Source: Mobula hypostoma
Lineage: Eukaryota
Direction of reading: 5' to 3'
Assembly (NCBI RefSeq): GCF_963921235.1
Contig: NC_086101.1
Location: 7,752,001 to 7,816,000 of the forward strand
DNA length: 64,000 nt
Part shown: in pieces, positions 13,326 through 26,600 of the stretch
Numbering within the stretch: position 1 is the stretch's first letter
Layout: each line of letters opens with the position of its first letter
Program-made: the position numbers and the translations under genes
The notes under the pieces: model-generated
What the model was told of the DNA's origin: nothing
What the model saw: the letters and a program-made list of their open reading frames with translations, nothing else
Databases searched by the model: none

Positions 13326-14429
13326 TGATAAGATCTAGTCTTAACCTAAAGATCTACCTTGCTATGGCCTTCCACCTTATTGTCTGCCTGCACTACACGT
13401 TATTCTGCATTCTGTTAACCGCTTCTCCCTTGTAACTGCGACGCACCGATGTGATGACATTATCTATACAGATGGTTTACAAAACAAAGGCTTTCACTTT
13501 GCCTCAGAGACAATAATAAACCACTTACAATGTAGGCCACCTAACCACTTGCCTTCTCAATGCTGAGAAGCTGGTGTACAGAGATCCCCTGGTCCTGCAG
13601 AACACCGATGTGGTTGTATCGCGGCCTGGTCTGGAAACACCAATGCCTACGAACAGACAAGTCTACAGAAAGTGGAGGACAAAGCCCAGACCATCACAGG
13701 AACAGCTCCCCCCACCACCACTGAGCACATCTACCAGGAGCACTGCCGCAAGAAAGCAGCATCAATGACACCCCCCTCCCTCCCACCATCCAGGCCATGC
13801 TCTCTTCTTGCTAGACGTATAAAATCCTTTGGCCCCACACCACCAGGTTCATCAACAATTATCACCCTACACCCATCAAGCTCCTGAATGAGTGTTGATA
13901 ACTTCACTCACCTCAACACTGAACTGACTCCACAACCTATGCACTCTACAACTCAGTATTATTTATTTATTTTTAACCAGCACGATTTCTCTTCTCAATG
14001 TTGGTTGTTCATCAGTCTTTATTTATAGTTTTTCATAAATCTTACTGTATTTCTTCTTTCCTGTAAAAGCCTGCAGGAAAATGAATCTTAAGGTGGTACA
14101 TGGTCTCAGACTTTGAACTTTGACATCATTCACTCGCTCATCAGTTTAAAAATATTTCTCATTTCTATCACATTCCGTCTGCCATATGGGAAGGATGGCG
14201 GAGTGGAGACAGATCTCTACCAAAGCAGGTGTAAGGTGCTCCTTCCTTCCACCAGCCTGCAGGTCACCCTCGGCCAAGGTGCAGCACCTGCTTAGCCCCC
14301 TGATCAGGGTCACGTGAAGCCATGAGAGCAGGTGGTGGATGGTCCAGACCCAGAAATTTACCATCCCTTCACAGCCCAGGGCAGATTTTATCCAGGAAGG
14401 TAAAGCAATGAGGTCCTGAAGGTAGAATG

Positions 14430-16560
14430 CTGAGATACAGGACCTCCAGGGCAGTACTCTTGCGATTGCTACCTATGCCACGCACCAGTGATAGTAGAAA
14501 CAGGTCGATTTAGCAGATAAATGCGTGGCTGGGAAGCTGGTGCAAGGGGCAGGGCATCATGTTCTTGGGTCACTGGGATCTCTTCTGGGGGAGGTATGAC
14601 CTGTTCGAAAGGGACGGGTTGCACCTGAACCCGAGGGGGACCAATATTCTCGCAGGCAAGTTTGTTAGAGCTGTTCGGGAGGGTTTAAACTAATTTGGTA
14701 CCGGGCTGGGAACTGGACTGAAGGGACTCAAGATAGGACGGATGGTAAGAAAGCAAAGATAGCATGCAGTCAGACTGTTAGGAAGGGCAGGCAGATGATA
14801 GGACATAATTGCAGCCAGCAGGGTGAGTACCAGTGCTTCAAGAATGCAGAATCAAAAAGGGTAGCAAACACAGTACTCAAAGTGTTATATCTCAATGCAC
14901 AGAGGATAAGAAATCAGCTGGATGACCTTGTTGCACTGTTACAGATTGTCAGGTATCATGGTTTCATGTTGTGGCCATCACTGAATCGTGACTGAAGGAT
15001 AGTTTAGTTGGGAGCTAAATCTCCAAGGTTACATGTTGCATTGGAAGGACAGGAAGGTAGGCAGAGAGGGTAGCATGCCTCTGCTGGTAAAGAATGGCAT
15101 CAAATCAGTAGAAACATATGACAGAGGATCAGAAGATGTTAGAACATAGAAATTTACAGCACATTACAGGCCCTTCGGCCCACAATGCTGTGCTGACCAT
15201 GTAACCTACTCTGGAGACTGTCTGCAATTTCCCTCGTGCATAGCCCTAGGGTTGATTGAAACAACTGCAAGGGTAAAAGGACCTTGATGGCAGTTACATA
15301 CAGGCCTCCCAACAGTAGGTGGGATGTGAACCACAGATTACAACAGCACATCGAAAAGACGTGTCAAAAGGGCAATGTTATGATAGTCATGGGAGATTTT
15401 AACATGCAGGTCCATTGGCAAAATCAGGTTGGAAATAGATCTCAAGAGAGTGAGTTAGTTGAATGCCTATGAGATGGCTTTTTAAGTGCAGTTTGTCGTT
15501 GAATTACTCGGGGATCAGATTTACTGGATTGGGTGTTATATAATAAACTGGAGGAGATTAGGGAGCTGAAGATGAAAGAGCCCTTAGGAGACAATGAAAA
15601 CATGACTGGGTTCAAATTCAAATTTGATAGGGACAAAGTAAAGTCAGACATAGCAGTATTTCAGTGGTGTAAATAAAATTATAGTGGTATGAGAGAGGAG
15701 TTGGCCATAGTAAATTGGAAGGAGATGTTGGCAGGGATGACAGCAGAGCAGCAATGGTCTGAGTTTCTGTGAAAAATGAGGAAGGTGCAGGTTAGATGTA
15801 TCCCAAAAACAAAGAAATACTCAAATGGCAAAATAGTACAACCATGGATGATAAAGGAAGTCAAAGCTAATGTAAAAGCAAAAGAGAGGGCATACACCAA
15901 AGCAAAAATTAGCAGGAAGATACAGGATTGGGAAGCTTTTAAAAAACCTACAGAAAGCGACTAAAAGAATCAGAAGAGAAAAGAGGAAATGTGAAAGCAA
16001 GCTCGTAAAAAAAGATCAAAGTGGATGGAAAAACTTCAAGTATGTAAAAAAATAAAACGAATGAGAATGGATATAGGTCCGCTAGAAAATTAGGCCAGAA
16101 AAATACTAGCAAAGGAGGTGCAGGTAACATTGAAGAAGCAGGGAGTCTGGAGAAGGGCCCAAGAAAGATCGGGAGAATAGGCAAAGAAGTGGCAGCTGGA
16201 ATGTAGATTGGAGAAGTGCATGGTTAAGCACTTTGCAAGAAGGAATAAAGCCACAGACTCTTTTCTAAATGGGGAGAAAATTCAAAATCAGGGGCAAAAG
16301 GACTTGGGAGTCCTTGTGCAGAATTCCCAAAAGGTTAACTTGTAGGTTGAGACGGTGGTAAAGAAGGAAAATGCAATGCTAGCATTCATTTTTAAAGGCC
16401 TAAAATATAAAAGCAAGGATATTAATGTTGATGCTTTATAAAAGGCACTGGTGAGGCCTCACTAGGAGTTTTGGGCCCCTTACATGATAAAAGATGAGCT
16501 GGCATTGGAAAGGCTCCAAATGAGGTCCGTGAGAAAAAATTCTGGGACTGAAAAGGTTAA
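14430..16560 (+). mobile_element. Old, heavily decayed CR1 (ORF1 esterase end, APE, RT remnants)
   Basis: HWDLFWGRYDLFERDGLHLN, LKVLYLNAQRIRNQLDDL and YRPPNS...VMGDFN, with many stops and deletions. Confidence 0.85.
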
Positions 16561-16624
16561 CATATGAGTACTGGCAGCATCCTTGGAAAAAAAGCATCTT
16601 TTTCTTTACTCTTTCAACCTTCCT

Positions 16625-17035
16625 CCAAGGGGACGACAACCTTGTCACAGTTTGGAAGCTGGCGTGCCTCAATGACCTGGAGAGCTATGCAGGCCGGAGT
16701 CAGGGCAGTAAACTTTGGCTCTTGGTTAGGGTCACACATGCCACACAGGTCAAAGGGTAGAGGTCAGGCTAAAACTGGTCCGTGGTCCACCAGGTTCAGG
16801 GGTTCAGCTCAGGGCTAACTGGAAAACCAAAATTGTTACGGAAACGGCAATGAAAAGCTCTTCTACATCAGAGTGTGACGGTATTCCCAAGTCTCCAACC
16901 AGGACTTGTATGATTGACAGTAGTGAAAACAGAGAAGAAACTACTGACACAACGAAGGAAGTTCTGAACACCGCCAGAAATGGAGGACCTTCATTGCTGC
17001 CCTGAAAGCCAGCGGGTGTAACGGGCAGCAAGTAC
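16625..17035 (+). mobile_element. Short RTE-derived non-autonomous element
   Basis: Diverged opposite-strand homolog of 12900-13325. Confidence 0.6.
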
Positions 17036-17550
17036 ATCTTTCAACCTTATTTACATCTTTCCTGTTGGTAGGTGCCCAAAGTTTCACACAATACTCTAAA
17101 TTAGGCCTTACTAGTGTCTCAGACAACTTCAACATAACATCCCATCTCCTGCGCTCAAAAACTTCGATTTCTGGCACATAGGCCTTCATAAACTTTGTTT
17201 ACGACTCTATCTACCTGTGACACCACTTTCAATGAATTATGGACCTGCATTCTGAGATCCCTTTGTACTCCCACACATCTCAGGGCACTACAGTTAATTG
17301 TGTTTGTCTACCAAAGTGAAATACCTCGCACTTCACCTTAAAATTCCATCTGTCATTTTTCAGCTGATGGAGATCCTGCTCCAAGCCATGATAGCCTTCT
17401 TCACTATGCACTAAACCCTCAATCTTTGTGTTATTGACAGCTTTGCTGATCCAGTTAACATCATCAGCCAGCTCATGGATAGAGATGGCAAACACCAACA
17501 TACCCAGCACTGATCCCCACGGCACACCACTAGTCACAGGCCTCTAGTCA
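17036..17550 (-). mobile_element. Decayed CR1 RT fragment
   Basis: TSGVPWGSVLG, KCEVFHFGR and LVRPNLEYCVKLW. Confidence 0.8.
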
Positions 17551-18874
17551 GTTGTAACTGTGACATTATGATCACTAGTTGCGAAGTATTCCCCTACACA
17601 AACTTCTGCCATCTGTCCAATCTGGATATCCCTTTATTGTGAGCCTGTGCCCTCTGGTCCTAGATCCTCACGTTATTGGAAACACCCTCTGCAGGTTTAA
17701 CTGTAAACCTTGCGATTCCTCTGTAACTTCAGGACTGTCCTGATGCAACTTTCAACCCAAAACGTGAACAGTTCCTTCCGACCCACTGAGTTCCACTGAA
17801 CTGTGGGGTGGCTAAGCTGTGTTGAGTATGTCTGTTGCTTCAGATTCCAGCATCTCCAGTCTCCCACGCTCCAGGGAATAACTTATTCAATAACCTATTC
17901 CTATCCTATTCAATCTTTCCCTGTAACTCACGTCTTCAATTCCCTGCAAGTTCTCTGTACACCTTTAATCTTACTGACATTTCCCATAAAAACATCCTCA
18001 AAATTCCCGAGTTAAATTAGGCCAGGCCTCCATGATAACCAGCTGACAGTTGTAGTGTGGCTGAACTGTGAGAGTGTGTCTGTCTATCACCAGGGCCAAA
18101 TGTCACCTGCTGTATCACAACCACTCCTCTAGTTCTCGTCTCACCTCACCGGGCAAAACCTGCTTGCATTTACCCTATTGATAGCCCTCATCATTTTGCA
18201 CACCTCTATCAAAACTCTATCCAAACTCCTCCTAAACATTGACATCAAGCTGGCATCCATCACTTGTGTCGCCCACCACAAAGCTGACGGTATCAGAACC
18301 ACGCCACTTTCCTGAACCCTTCTGCAAATTACTCACAATTCATATTCATTTCGCTCTCCAAGCAGATCATTTCTTTTACTCCCAATCACCTCTTAACTTG
18401 AATTCTTGCTGAAACATATTTAAAACTCCCTTTATTTGCCATCAGCGTTTTGACCCTTTCTTTTCCTTCTAATTTTTTGTTCCCCCACCCCACACTGCCC
18501 TCCGTACTCTCCACCCCTCCGTACTCCCCGTACCGGAACTAACCCACCTCACACTTATCTCCCACCCTCCTACCTTTTGGTACCCAGCACTCCCATCATC
18601 TGCACCTCTACCCCTCCCATTCTCAGTATCCCTCACCCCTCCCACCCTCTGTACTCCTTTGGATCTTCTGTAACCTTTTGGCGGTCACCGTTTGAAGCGA
18701 GTTTAACCATTTGACACTTTCCCTTACGTGTCCAATTCGGGGAACACATGCTCCCTCCCTGCGGTTTGTCCCAGCCCCTCAACTCGACCCCAGAACCCAC
18801 CCTTATAATCCTCCAGCCCACCGCCACCTCTCACCCTCCCACAGCCAGTCTCTGTCACCCACCCAGGCCCTCAC

Positions 18875-18985
18875 CTCAACCTGCAGCACCGCGCCGGGTA
18901 AGAGCAGCAAGCAGGCGGCGGCCAACAGCTGCAGCCCCCGGCCGGCTCCCGATGCGCTGTGACTGCCCGGCCGCCCCTGGGCCAT
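18875..18985 (-). CDS. Probable first coding exon of an unidentified secreted or membrane protein (signal-peptide-like)
   Basis: ATG at 18985 inside a CpG island encodes MAQGRPGSHSASGAGRGLQLLAAACLLLLPGAVLQVE, followed by a GAG|GTGAGG donor (phase 0). The presumed intron start is strongly G-rich on the - strand. No downstream exons were recognised. Confidence 0.55.
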
Positions 18986-19300
18986 ACTCCACGGCGGTGA
19001 GAGGCCGGTCGACGGGCAGCCGGGTTCTACCAGCCCGATTCTATCAGCCGTTCTGCCACCGCGGCGCCGCTGTCTTAACTCATTATTACGTGCGGTGACC
19101 GCCCCTCGTGGGCGGGACGTGACGGCAGCGGAGAGAACGTCTCACAACCCCTCCCCGCAGGAAGGGCACTCAGCCACCGGCACGCTCGCACCCGAAGCCC
19201 AAGCTCGTCCACGCAGTCTGTATATTTTTTTAAAGATTCAACTGCACCGTCTCCAAAGCAAAAAGAGGCATAAGAGACCGCAGCCGCTGGAATCCGGAGC
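18880..19300. promoter_or_regulatory. CpG island / candidate promoter
   Basis: Dense CpG in a CpG-depleted background; GC box GGGCGGG (about 19110), TACGTG (about 19087) and GACGTGAC (about 19116). Confidence 0.7.
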
Positions 19301-19645
19301 CACACACACACAAAAAGCTGGAGTCTGAGTATGCGATAGGAAGACTCAAAAAGTTACCTTCCCCAAGCAGTCAAGATGGAGGGTTTCGGCGCGAAACGTC
19401 GGCTGTTGACTCCTTTTCCCAGAAGCTGCCTGGCCTGCTGAGTTCCTCCAGCATTTTGTGAGTGTTCCTTTACCCCAACCACTAAGGCCGATCAATAACT
19501 CCCTCCACTGACCCACATTTCCTGTCACTCACCTCATGTGCAAACGGTCCTGTGCCTGGTGTCACTTTATGGACATACAAGCAATGTATATAAACTAGCT
19601 TATGTATTTACATTTGTGTTTTTATTACCGTGTTCTTTATTTTGT

Positions 19646-22600
19646 AGTAGAACATAGAACATAGAATAATACAGCACAGTACAGGCCCTTCGGCCCACAA
19701 TATTGTGCCGACCCTCAAACCCTGCCTCCCATATAAGCCCCCACCTTAAATTCCTCCATATACCTGTCCAGTAGTCTCTTAAACTTCACTAGTGTATCTG
19801 CCTCCACCACTGACTCAGGCAGTTCATTCCACACACCAACCACTCTCTGAGTAAAAAACCTTCCTCCTATATCCCCCTTGAACTTCCCACCCCTTACCTT
19901 AAAGCCATGTCCTCTTGTATTGAGCAGTGGTGCCCTGGGGAAGAGGCACAGGCTATCCATTCTATCTATTCCTCTTATTATCTTGTGCACCTCTATCATG
20001 TCTCCTCTCATCCTCCTTCTCTCCAAAGAGTAAAGCCCTAGCTCCCTTAATCTCTGATCATAATGCATACTCTCTAAACCAGGCAGCATCCTGGTAAATC
20101 TCCTCTGTACCCTTTCCAAAGCTTCCACATCCTTCCTATAGTGAGGAGACCAGAACTGGACTCAGTACTCCAAATGTGGCCTAACCAGAGTTTTATAGAG
20201 CTGCATCATTACATCGCGACTCTTAAACTCTGTCCCTCGACTTATGAAGCTAACACCCCATAAGCTTTCTTAACTACCCCATCCACCTGTGAGGCAACTT
20301 TCAGGGATCTGTGGACATGTACCCCGAGATCTCTCTGCTCCTCCACACTACCAAGTATCCTGCCATTTACTTTGTACTCTGCCTTGGAGTTTGTCCTTCC
20401 AAAGTGTACCACCTCACACTTCTCTGGGTTGAACTCCATCTGCCACTTCTCAGCCCACTTCTGTATCCTATCAATGTCTCTCTGCAATCTTTGACAATCC
20501 TCTACACTATCTACAACACCACCAATCTTTGTGTCGTCTGCAAACTTGCCAACCCACCCTTCTACCCCCACATCCAGGTCGTTAATAAAAATCACGAAAA
20601 GTTGAGGTCCCAGAACAGATCCTTGTGGGACACCACTAGTCACAATCCTCCAATCTGAATGTACTCTCTCCACCACCACCCTCTGCCTTCTGCAGGCAAG
20701 CCAATTCTGAAACCACCTGGCCAAACTTCCCTGGATCCCATGCCTTCTAACTTTCTGAATAAGCCTACCATTTGGAACCCTGTAAAATGCCTTACTAAAA
20801 TCCATATAGATCACATCCACTGCACTACCCTCATCTATATGCCTGGTCACCTCCTCAAAGAACTCTATCAGGCTTGTTAGACATGATCTGCCCTTCACAA
20901 AGCCATGCTGACTGTCCCTGATCAGACCATGATTCTCTAAATACCTATAGATCTTATCTCTAAGAATCTTTTCCAACAGCTTTCCCACCACAGACATAAG
21001 ACTCACTGGTCTATAATTACCTGGACTATCCCTACTACCTTTTTTGAACAAGGGGACAACATTCGCCTCCCTCCAATCCTTCGGTACCATTCCTGTGGAC
21101 AACGAGGACATAAAGATCCTAGCCAGATGCTCAGCAATCTCTTCTCTCGCCTCGAGGAGCAGCCTGCGGAATATTCCGTCAGGTCCCGTGGACTTATCTG
21201 TCCTAATGTATTTTATCAACTCCAACACCTCCTCTCCCTGAATATCAACATGCTCCAGAACATCAACCTCACTCATATTGTCCTCACCATTATCAAGTTC
21301 CCTCCCATTGGTGAATACCGAAGAGAAGTATTCATTGAGGACCTCGCTCAGTTCCACAGCCTCCAGGCACATCTTCCCACCTTTATCTCTAATCGGTCCT
21401 ACCTTCACTCCTGTCATCCTTTTTTCCTTCACATAATTGAAGAATGCCTTGGGGTTTTCCTTTACCCTACTCGCCAAGGCCTTCTCATGCCCCCTTCTTG
21501 CTCTTCTCAGCCCCTTCTTAAGCTCCTTTCTTGCTTCCCTCTATTCCTCAATAGACCCATCTGATCCTTGCTTCCAAAACCTCATGTATGCTGCCTTCTT
21601 CCACCTGACTAGATTTTCCACCTCACTTGTCAGCCATGGTTCCTTCACCCTACCATTTTTTATCTTCCTCATCGGGACAAATTTATCCCTAACATCCCAC
21701 AAGAGATCTCTAAACATCGACCACATGTCCATAGTACATTTCCCTACAAAAACATCATCCCAATTCACACCCGCAAGTTCTAGCCTGGTAGCCTCAGAAT
21801 TTGCCCTTACCCAATTAAAAATGTTCCTGTCCCCTCTGATTCTATCCTTTTCCATGATAATGCTGAAGGCCAGGGAGCAGTGGTCACTGTCCCCCAGATG
21901 CTCACCCACTGAGAGATCTGTGAGCTGACCTGCTTCGTTACCTAATACTAGATCTAGTATGGCATTCCCCCAGTCGGCCTGGCAACATACAGTGACAGGA
22001 ATCTGTCTTGGACACACTTAAACTCTGCCCCGTCCAAACCCTTGGAACTAATCAAGTGCCAATCAATATTAGGGACGTTAAAGTCACCCATGATAACAAC
22101 CCTGTTATTTTTGCACCTTTCCAAAATCTGCCTCCCAATCTGCTCCTCTGTATCTCTGCTGCTGCCAGGGGGCCTATAGAATACCCCCAGTAGAGTAACT
22201 GCTCCCTTCCTGTTCCTGACTTCCACCCATATTGACTCAAAAGAGGATCCTGCTACATTACCCACCCTTTCTGTAGCTGTAATAGTATCCCTGACCAGTA
22301 ATGCCACCCCTACTCCCCTTTTCCGCCCTCTCTATCCCTTTTAAAGCACTGAAATCCAGGAATATTGAGAATCCATTCCTGCCCTGGTGTCAGCCAAGTC
22401 TCTGTAATGGCCACTACATCATAATTCCATGTATATATCCAAGCTCTCAGTTCATCACCTTTGTTCCTGATGCTTCTTGCATTGAGGTACACACATTTCA
22501 GCCCTTCTACCTTACTGTCTTTACACTGTTTATTCTGCTTCTCTTTCCTCAAACCCTCTCTATATGTTAGATCTGGCTTTACTCCATGCACTTCTTTCAC

Positions 22601-23678
22601 TGCTCTATCGCTCTGGGTCCCATCCCCCTTGCAAATTAGTTTAAACCCTTCCGAACCACGCTAGCAAACCTACCTGCAAGGATATTGCTCCCCCTTGAGT
22701 TCAGGTGTAACCCATCCAATCTGTACAGGTCCCACCTTCCCCAGAAGAGATCCCAATGATCTAATAATCTAAAACCCTGCTCCCTGCACCAACTCCTCAG
22801 CCACGCATTCAACTGCCATCTCCTCCAATTCTTACCATCAGTGTCACGTAGCACTGTTAGCAATCCTGAGAACGCCACCCTTGAGGTCCTGTTCTTCAGC
22901 CTTCTGCCTAGTTCCCGAAACTCACACTTCAGGACCTCATCCTTCTTCCCGCCTATGTTGTTGGTCCCAACATGTATCACGACTTCTGGTTGCTTTCCCT
23001 CTCGTACCAGGATGTCGTGCACCCGGTCAGAGACATCCCGGACCCTGGCACCCGGGAGGCAACAAACCATGCGGGTGTCCTTCTCATGTCCACAAAATCT
23101 CCTGTCTGCTCCCCTGACTATGGAGTCTCCAATGACGACAGCTCTCCTCTTCTCCGTCCCACCCTTCGAACAACGGGTCAGACTCAGTGCTGGAGGCCCT
23201 GCCACCGTGGCTCACACCTGGTCGGTCGTCCCCACCAACAGTATCCAGGACGGTAAACTTATTATTCAGGGGAATGGCTACAGGGGTGCTCTGCACTACC
23301 TGTCTGCTCACCTTCGCTTTCCCCCCTCTGACTGTCACCCAATGACCTGCTTCCGACAGCCTAGGTATGACTACCTCCCTGTAGGTCTCATCTATGACTG
23401 CCTCATTCTCCCTCATGAGTCGAAGGTCATCCAGCTGCTGCTCCAGATTCCTTACACGGTCTTCCAGATCGCCCAGCCGTGTGCACTTCTGGCAGATGTG
23501 ACTCTGCGGGAGAGGGGAGTTCCCCCAAGACTGCCACATCTCACATGAGAGGCACATCACCGTCTCAGGAGATGTTGTAAAAACTAACTGGGAACAAGCT
23601 CGTCCTCCGCCTCTTCTCGTCGAAGCCTCTCGAGTCAAAGCCTCAAAGCTCCACTCCTTCACTGGCCCACTCACTCAC
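19646..23678 (-). mobile_element. Full-length CR1 LINE (about 4.0 kb), inactivated
   Basis: Short 5' UTR; ORF1 with CxxC zinc motifs, leucine zipper and SGNH esterase (VIGDSIVR, IHVGTN, DGLHLN; about 23570-22636); ORF2 APE (LNARSI, ITETWL, GDFN, GDSDH) plus RT ([12 protein letters not shown]) ending 19715; (CTATGTT)n tail; TTGT at both flanks (19642-19645, 23679-23682); several frameshifts and stops. Confidence 0.95.
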
Positions 23679-26600
23679 TTGTGTTTTTTGTGTGTATGTG
23701 CTGCATTGGATGCAGAGTGAAAATTATGTTCTCCTTTACACTTGTGTGCTGGAAATGACGAACTTGGAGGCCCCACACAGTGCCCTTTATCCTCAGTGTT
23801 TGCAGCCGCTGCACCAAGTGTCACAGCAGCCTGGTGTGCTGAGATAAAGAGGCGGTGTGGTCACTGATGGGCTCAGGAAATCTGAAAGCTCGTTTGCACA
23901 GAGCACCTATTACCAGCAGTCCATTGACAGGGTATTGTTTCAGGGTCAGCTCAGTATAGCGTTTAATACTGGTATAGATCATGAAATTTGTTGTTCTGAG
24001 GCAGCAGTACATTCCAATACATAATAAAATCTATAAATTATAATAAGAAATATATTAAATTGTCCAGGGTAAATATTATTTGCGTACCACAACACAAAAG
24101 TTTGAGTGCCCCTTTAGGGGAAAGTGAGGCCATCACTTGCACGAACACCGACACACCTGTGCAAATTTACTGATCACTAGGAAGCAATAATGTAACTCAC
24201 ACCAGTGTAAATTTATTGACGAAATACTGAAAACGCACTCCAAGTGAAACACAAATAAATAGACGTGCAACATCCAAGGACAAGGTATTGAACACTCTCC
24301 AAGGTTGTGTGATAAGCAGCTAATTAGAAGTTATCTGTATATTCTCTGTGAGACCATTGTCTGCATGAGGATTTTCTGACAGCGGTATCTGACCTTCCAA
24401 ATGGGTTCTGTGAGCGTGTCACCGTCTTCTTCACTCATGTTTGTCGTCTCACTCCTTCTTCCTCCAGAAAATGGCTACCCTGATCCTGCCAGAATGTTCC
24501 ATGGTATCTTATTGGCCAAGTGTTAACAAGACAAATCCAGCCAGCTAATTCAACAAGCCTAACTTATCAATCAACTGAATTACTCGATTGTGTAATGTAA
24601 TTAAAGGAACGCGTTGCATTTTCAGAAAATCTGCAGGAAATAAAATACCCAACAGCATAACTATTAATAAAACAAAGCATGATATTAAGGCAACGATATT
24701 ACATATACAATTAAATAACCCACCTCTCCACACCCTTAATGCAACTTCATTGTGTTCTTTGTCTTACTGTGTTCTTTTCAGTGCTGCGTCATATCCGAAG
24801 ATTATTCTGTTCTTCTTTACACTTGTGCACTGGACATGACATGAAACAGTCTGGAATCTTTGATTCTAGTGCAAAAAAGAGAAAAGAGTGAGAGTGTTCA
24901 TGGGTTCATTGCCTATTCAGAAATCTGATGGTAGAGGGGAGGAAGATGTTCTTGAAACATTTAATGTGAGTCTTCCGGCTCCAGTGCTGCCTCGTTGATG
25001 GTTGTAATGTGAAAAGGAAATGTCCCGGGTGATGGGATCTTTAATGATGGAGCCCCTTTTGAAGGCATCCGCGATGCTGGGGAGGCAGGTGCCCACGATG
25101 GAGCTGCATGGGGCAATTTTCAAACTAATGCTGGCATATATTGTTTACCAGAGAGAGCAGATGACCAGCCGACTGAGACATAATGCGCAGAAAGAGGCTC
25201 TACTGGGCCTACGCCATCCACACCCTTTTACATTGACTCGTTGTTAAACGTTCCACCTTCCCAGCAATGCCCCCGACCCTACCACGCAACCTGCACACTA
25301 CTGCAGAGGCAGTACTGTCAAGTACAGGAGGAAGAACCCGGAGGTCCATGAGCCAGTCCTCATTAAGGGATCAGTGGTGGTGAGGTCTATGTCGGAGGGA
25401 AGGATTAAATTGATCTTAGAGTAGGTGAGAAGGTCTGCACAATCTGGTTGGCCCAAGGGCCTGTACTAATAACCCAGCTATAATCATCTGTTGCTATAAA
25501 TTTCTTCATGAAAATGCATTTTCTAATCCACGTGAACTGGAAGCCAAACCTTCTCTGCCGAGAATTGCTCAATACTGACATCAGCGTCCTCTCCTGTTCA
25601 CTCTGCTACATGACTCTTTTCCTGTCAGCACAGTAGCGACCTGAGTTCAATTCCCACTGCAGCCTGTAATGTGTTTGTACATTCTCCCCGTGACCACGTG
25701 GGTTTCCTCCGGGTGCTAAAAGTCATTTCTGCGCTGGGGAAAAGTCTCTGGCCATCCACTCGATTTACGTCTCTCATCTATCGCCATCTCTCATCCTCCA
25801 TTCCAAAGACGAAAGCCCGAGTTCACTGAACCTGAAAGACATTCTCTCTAATCCAGGCAGCATCCTGCTAAATATCTTCTGCACCCTCACTAAAGCTTCC
25901 CCATCAGGTTCAAGTTCAATTGTCATTCAATACTCATGAATACAACCAAAGGAGACAACGTTACCCCAGGGCCAAGGTGCTAATACAGTCCGAACAGTCA
26001 CACCCAGCACAAGGCACATACACGAGATCAATAAAATACAGTCACACAAAAAGCACATCGTCCCTGACCCTGAGTCCATCATGCTGCAGAAATCTGCAGT
26101 CGATCAGAATACAGCTTGTCTTCTAAACTCGACGAATTCTGGTAATGTCTCCCTCCTCCATCCTCCCTCTTTCTAACCATTCTGATGACCGTCCCACTAC
26201 TTCACCTCCCCACCTGCCCATCACCTCCTTGTGCTGCCCCTCCTCCTTCCCTCTACTCCAGGGTCCACTGTCCTCATCTTTTAGATTCCTCCTCCTTCAG
26301 CCCTTTACCTTGTCCACCTATTGCCTCCCACCCTCCCCCATCCACCCACCTTTCTCCTCACCTGATCTCTCCTGTCACCTGTCAGCTTGTACTCCTTCCC
26401 CTCCCATCACCTTCTTATTCTGGCCTCATCTCCTTCCCTTTCCAGCCCGAATGAATGGTCTCAGCCTGAGACGTCGAGTTTCTGTTTATTATCTCTGCTA
26501 TATCTGATGTGAAATGTGTTGCTTTGCACAGACATAACATCACTATGAATTATAAAATAAATAGAGCAAGTGAAGGAATAATGGGGTAATCAGTGAGAAT

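Larger units (their letters stand above)
5138..14072 (+). repeat. Segmental duplication, copy A (direct repeat of 49640-64000)
   Basis: Colinear near-identical sequence and matching ORF pairs: 5646/50150, 6723/56364, 7415/57056, 9441/59355, 9942/59856, 10568/60482, 12042/61965, 13672/63600. Confidence 0.97.
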
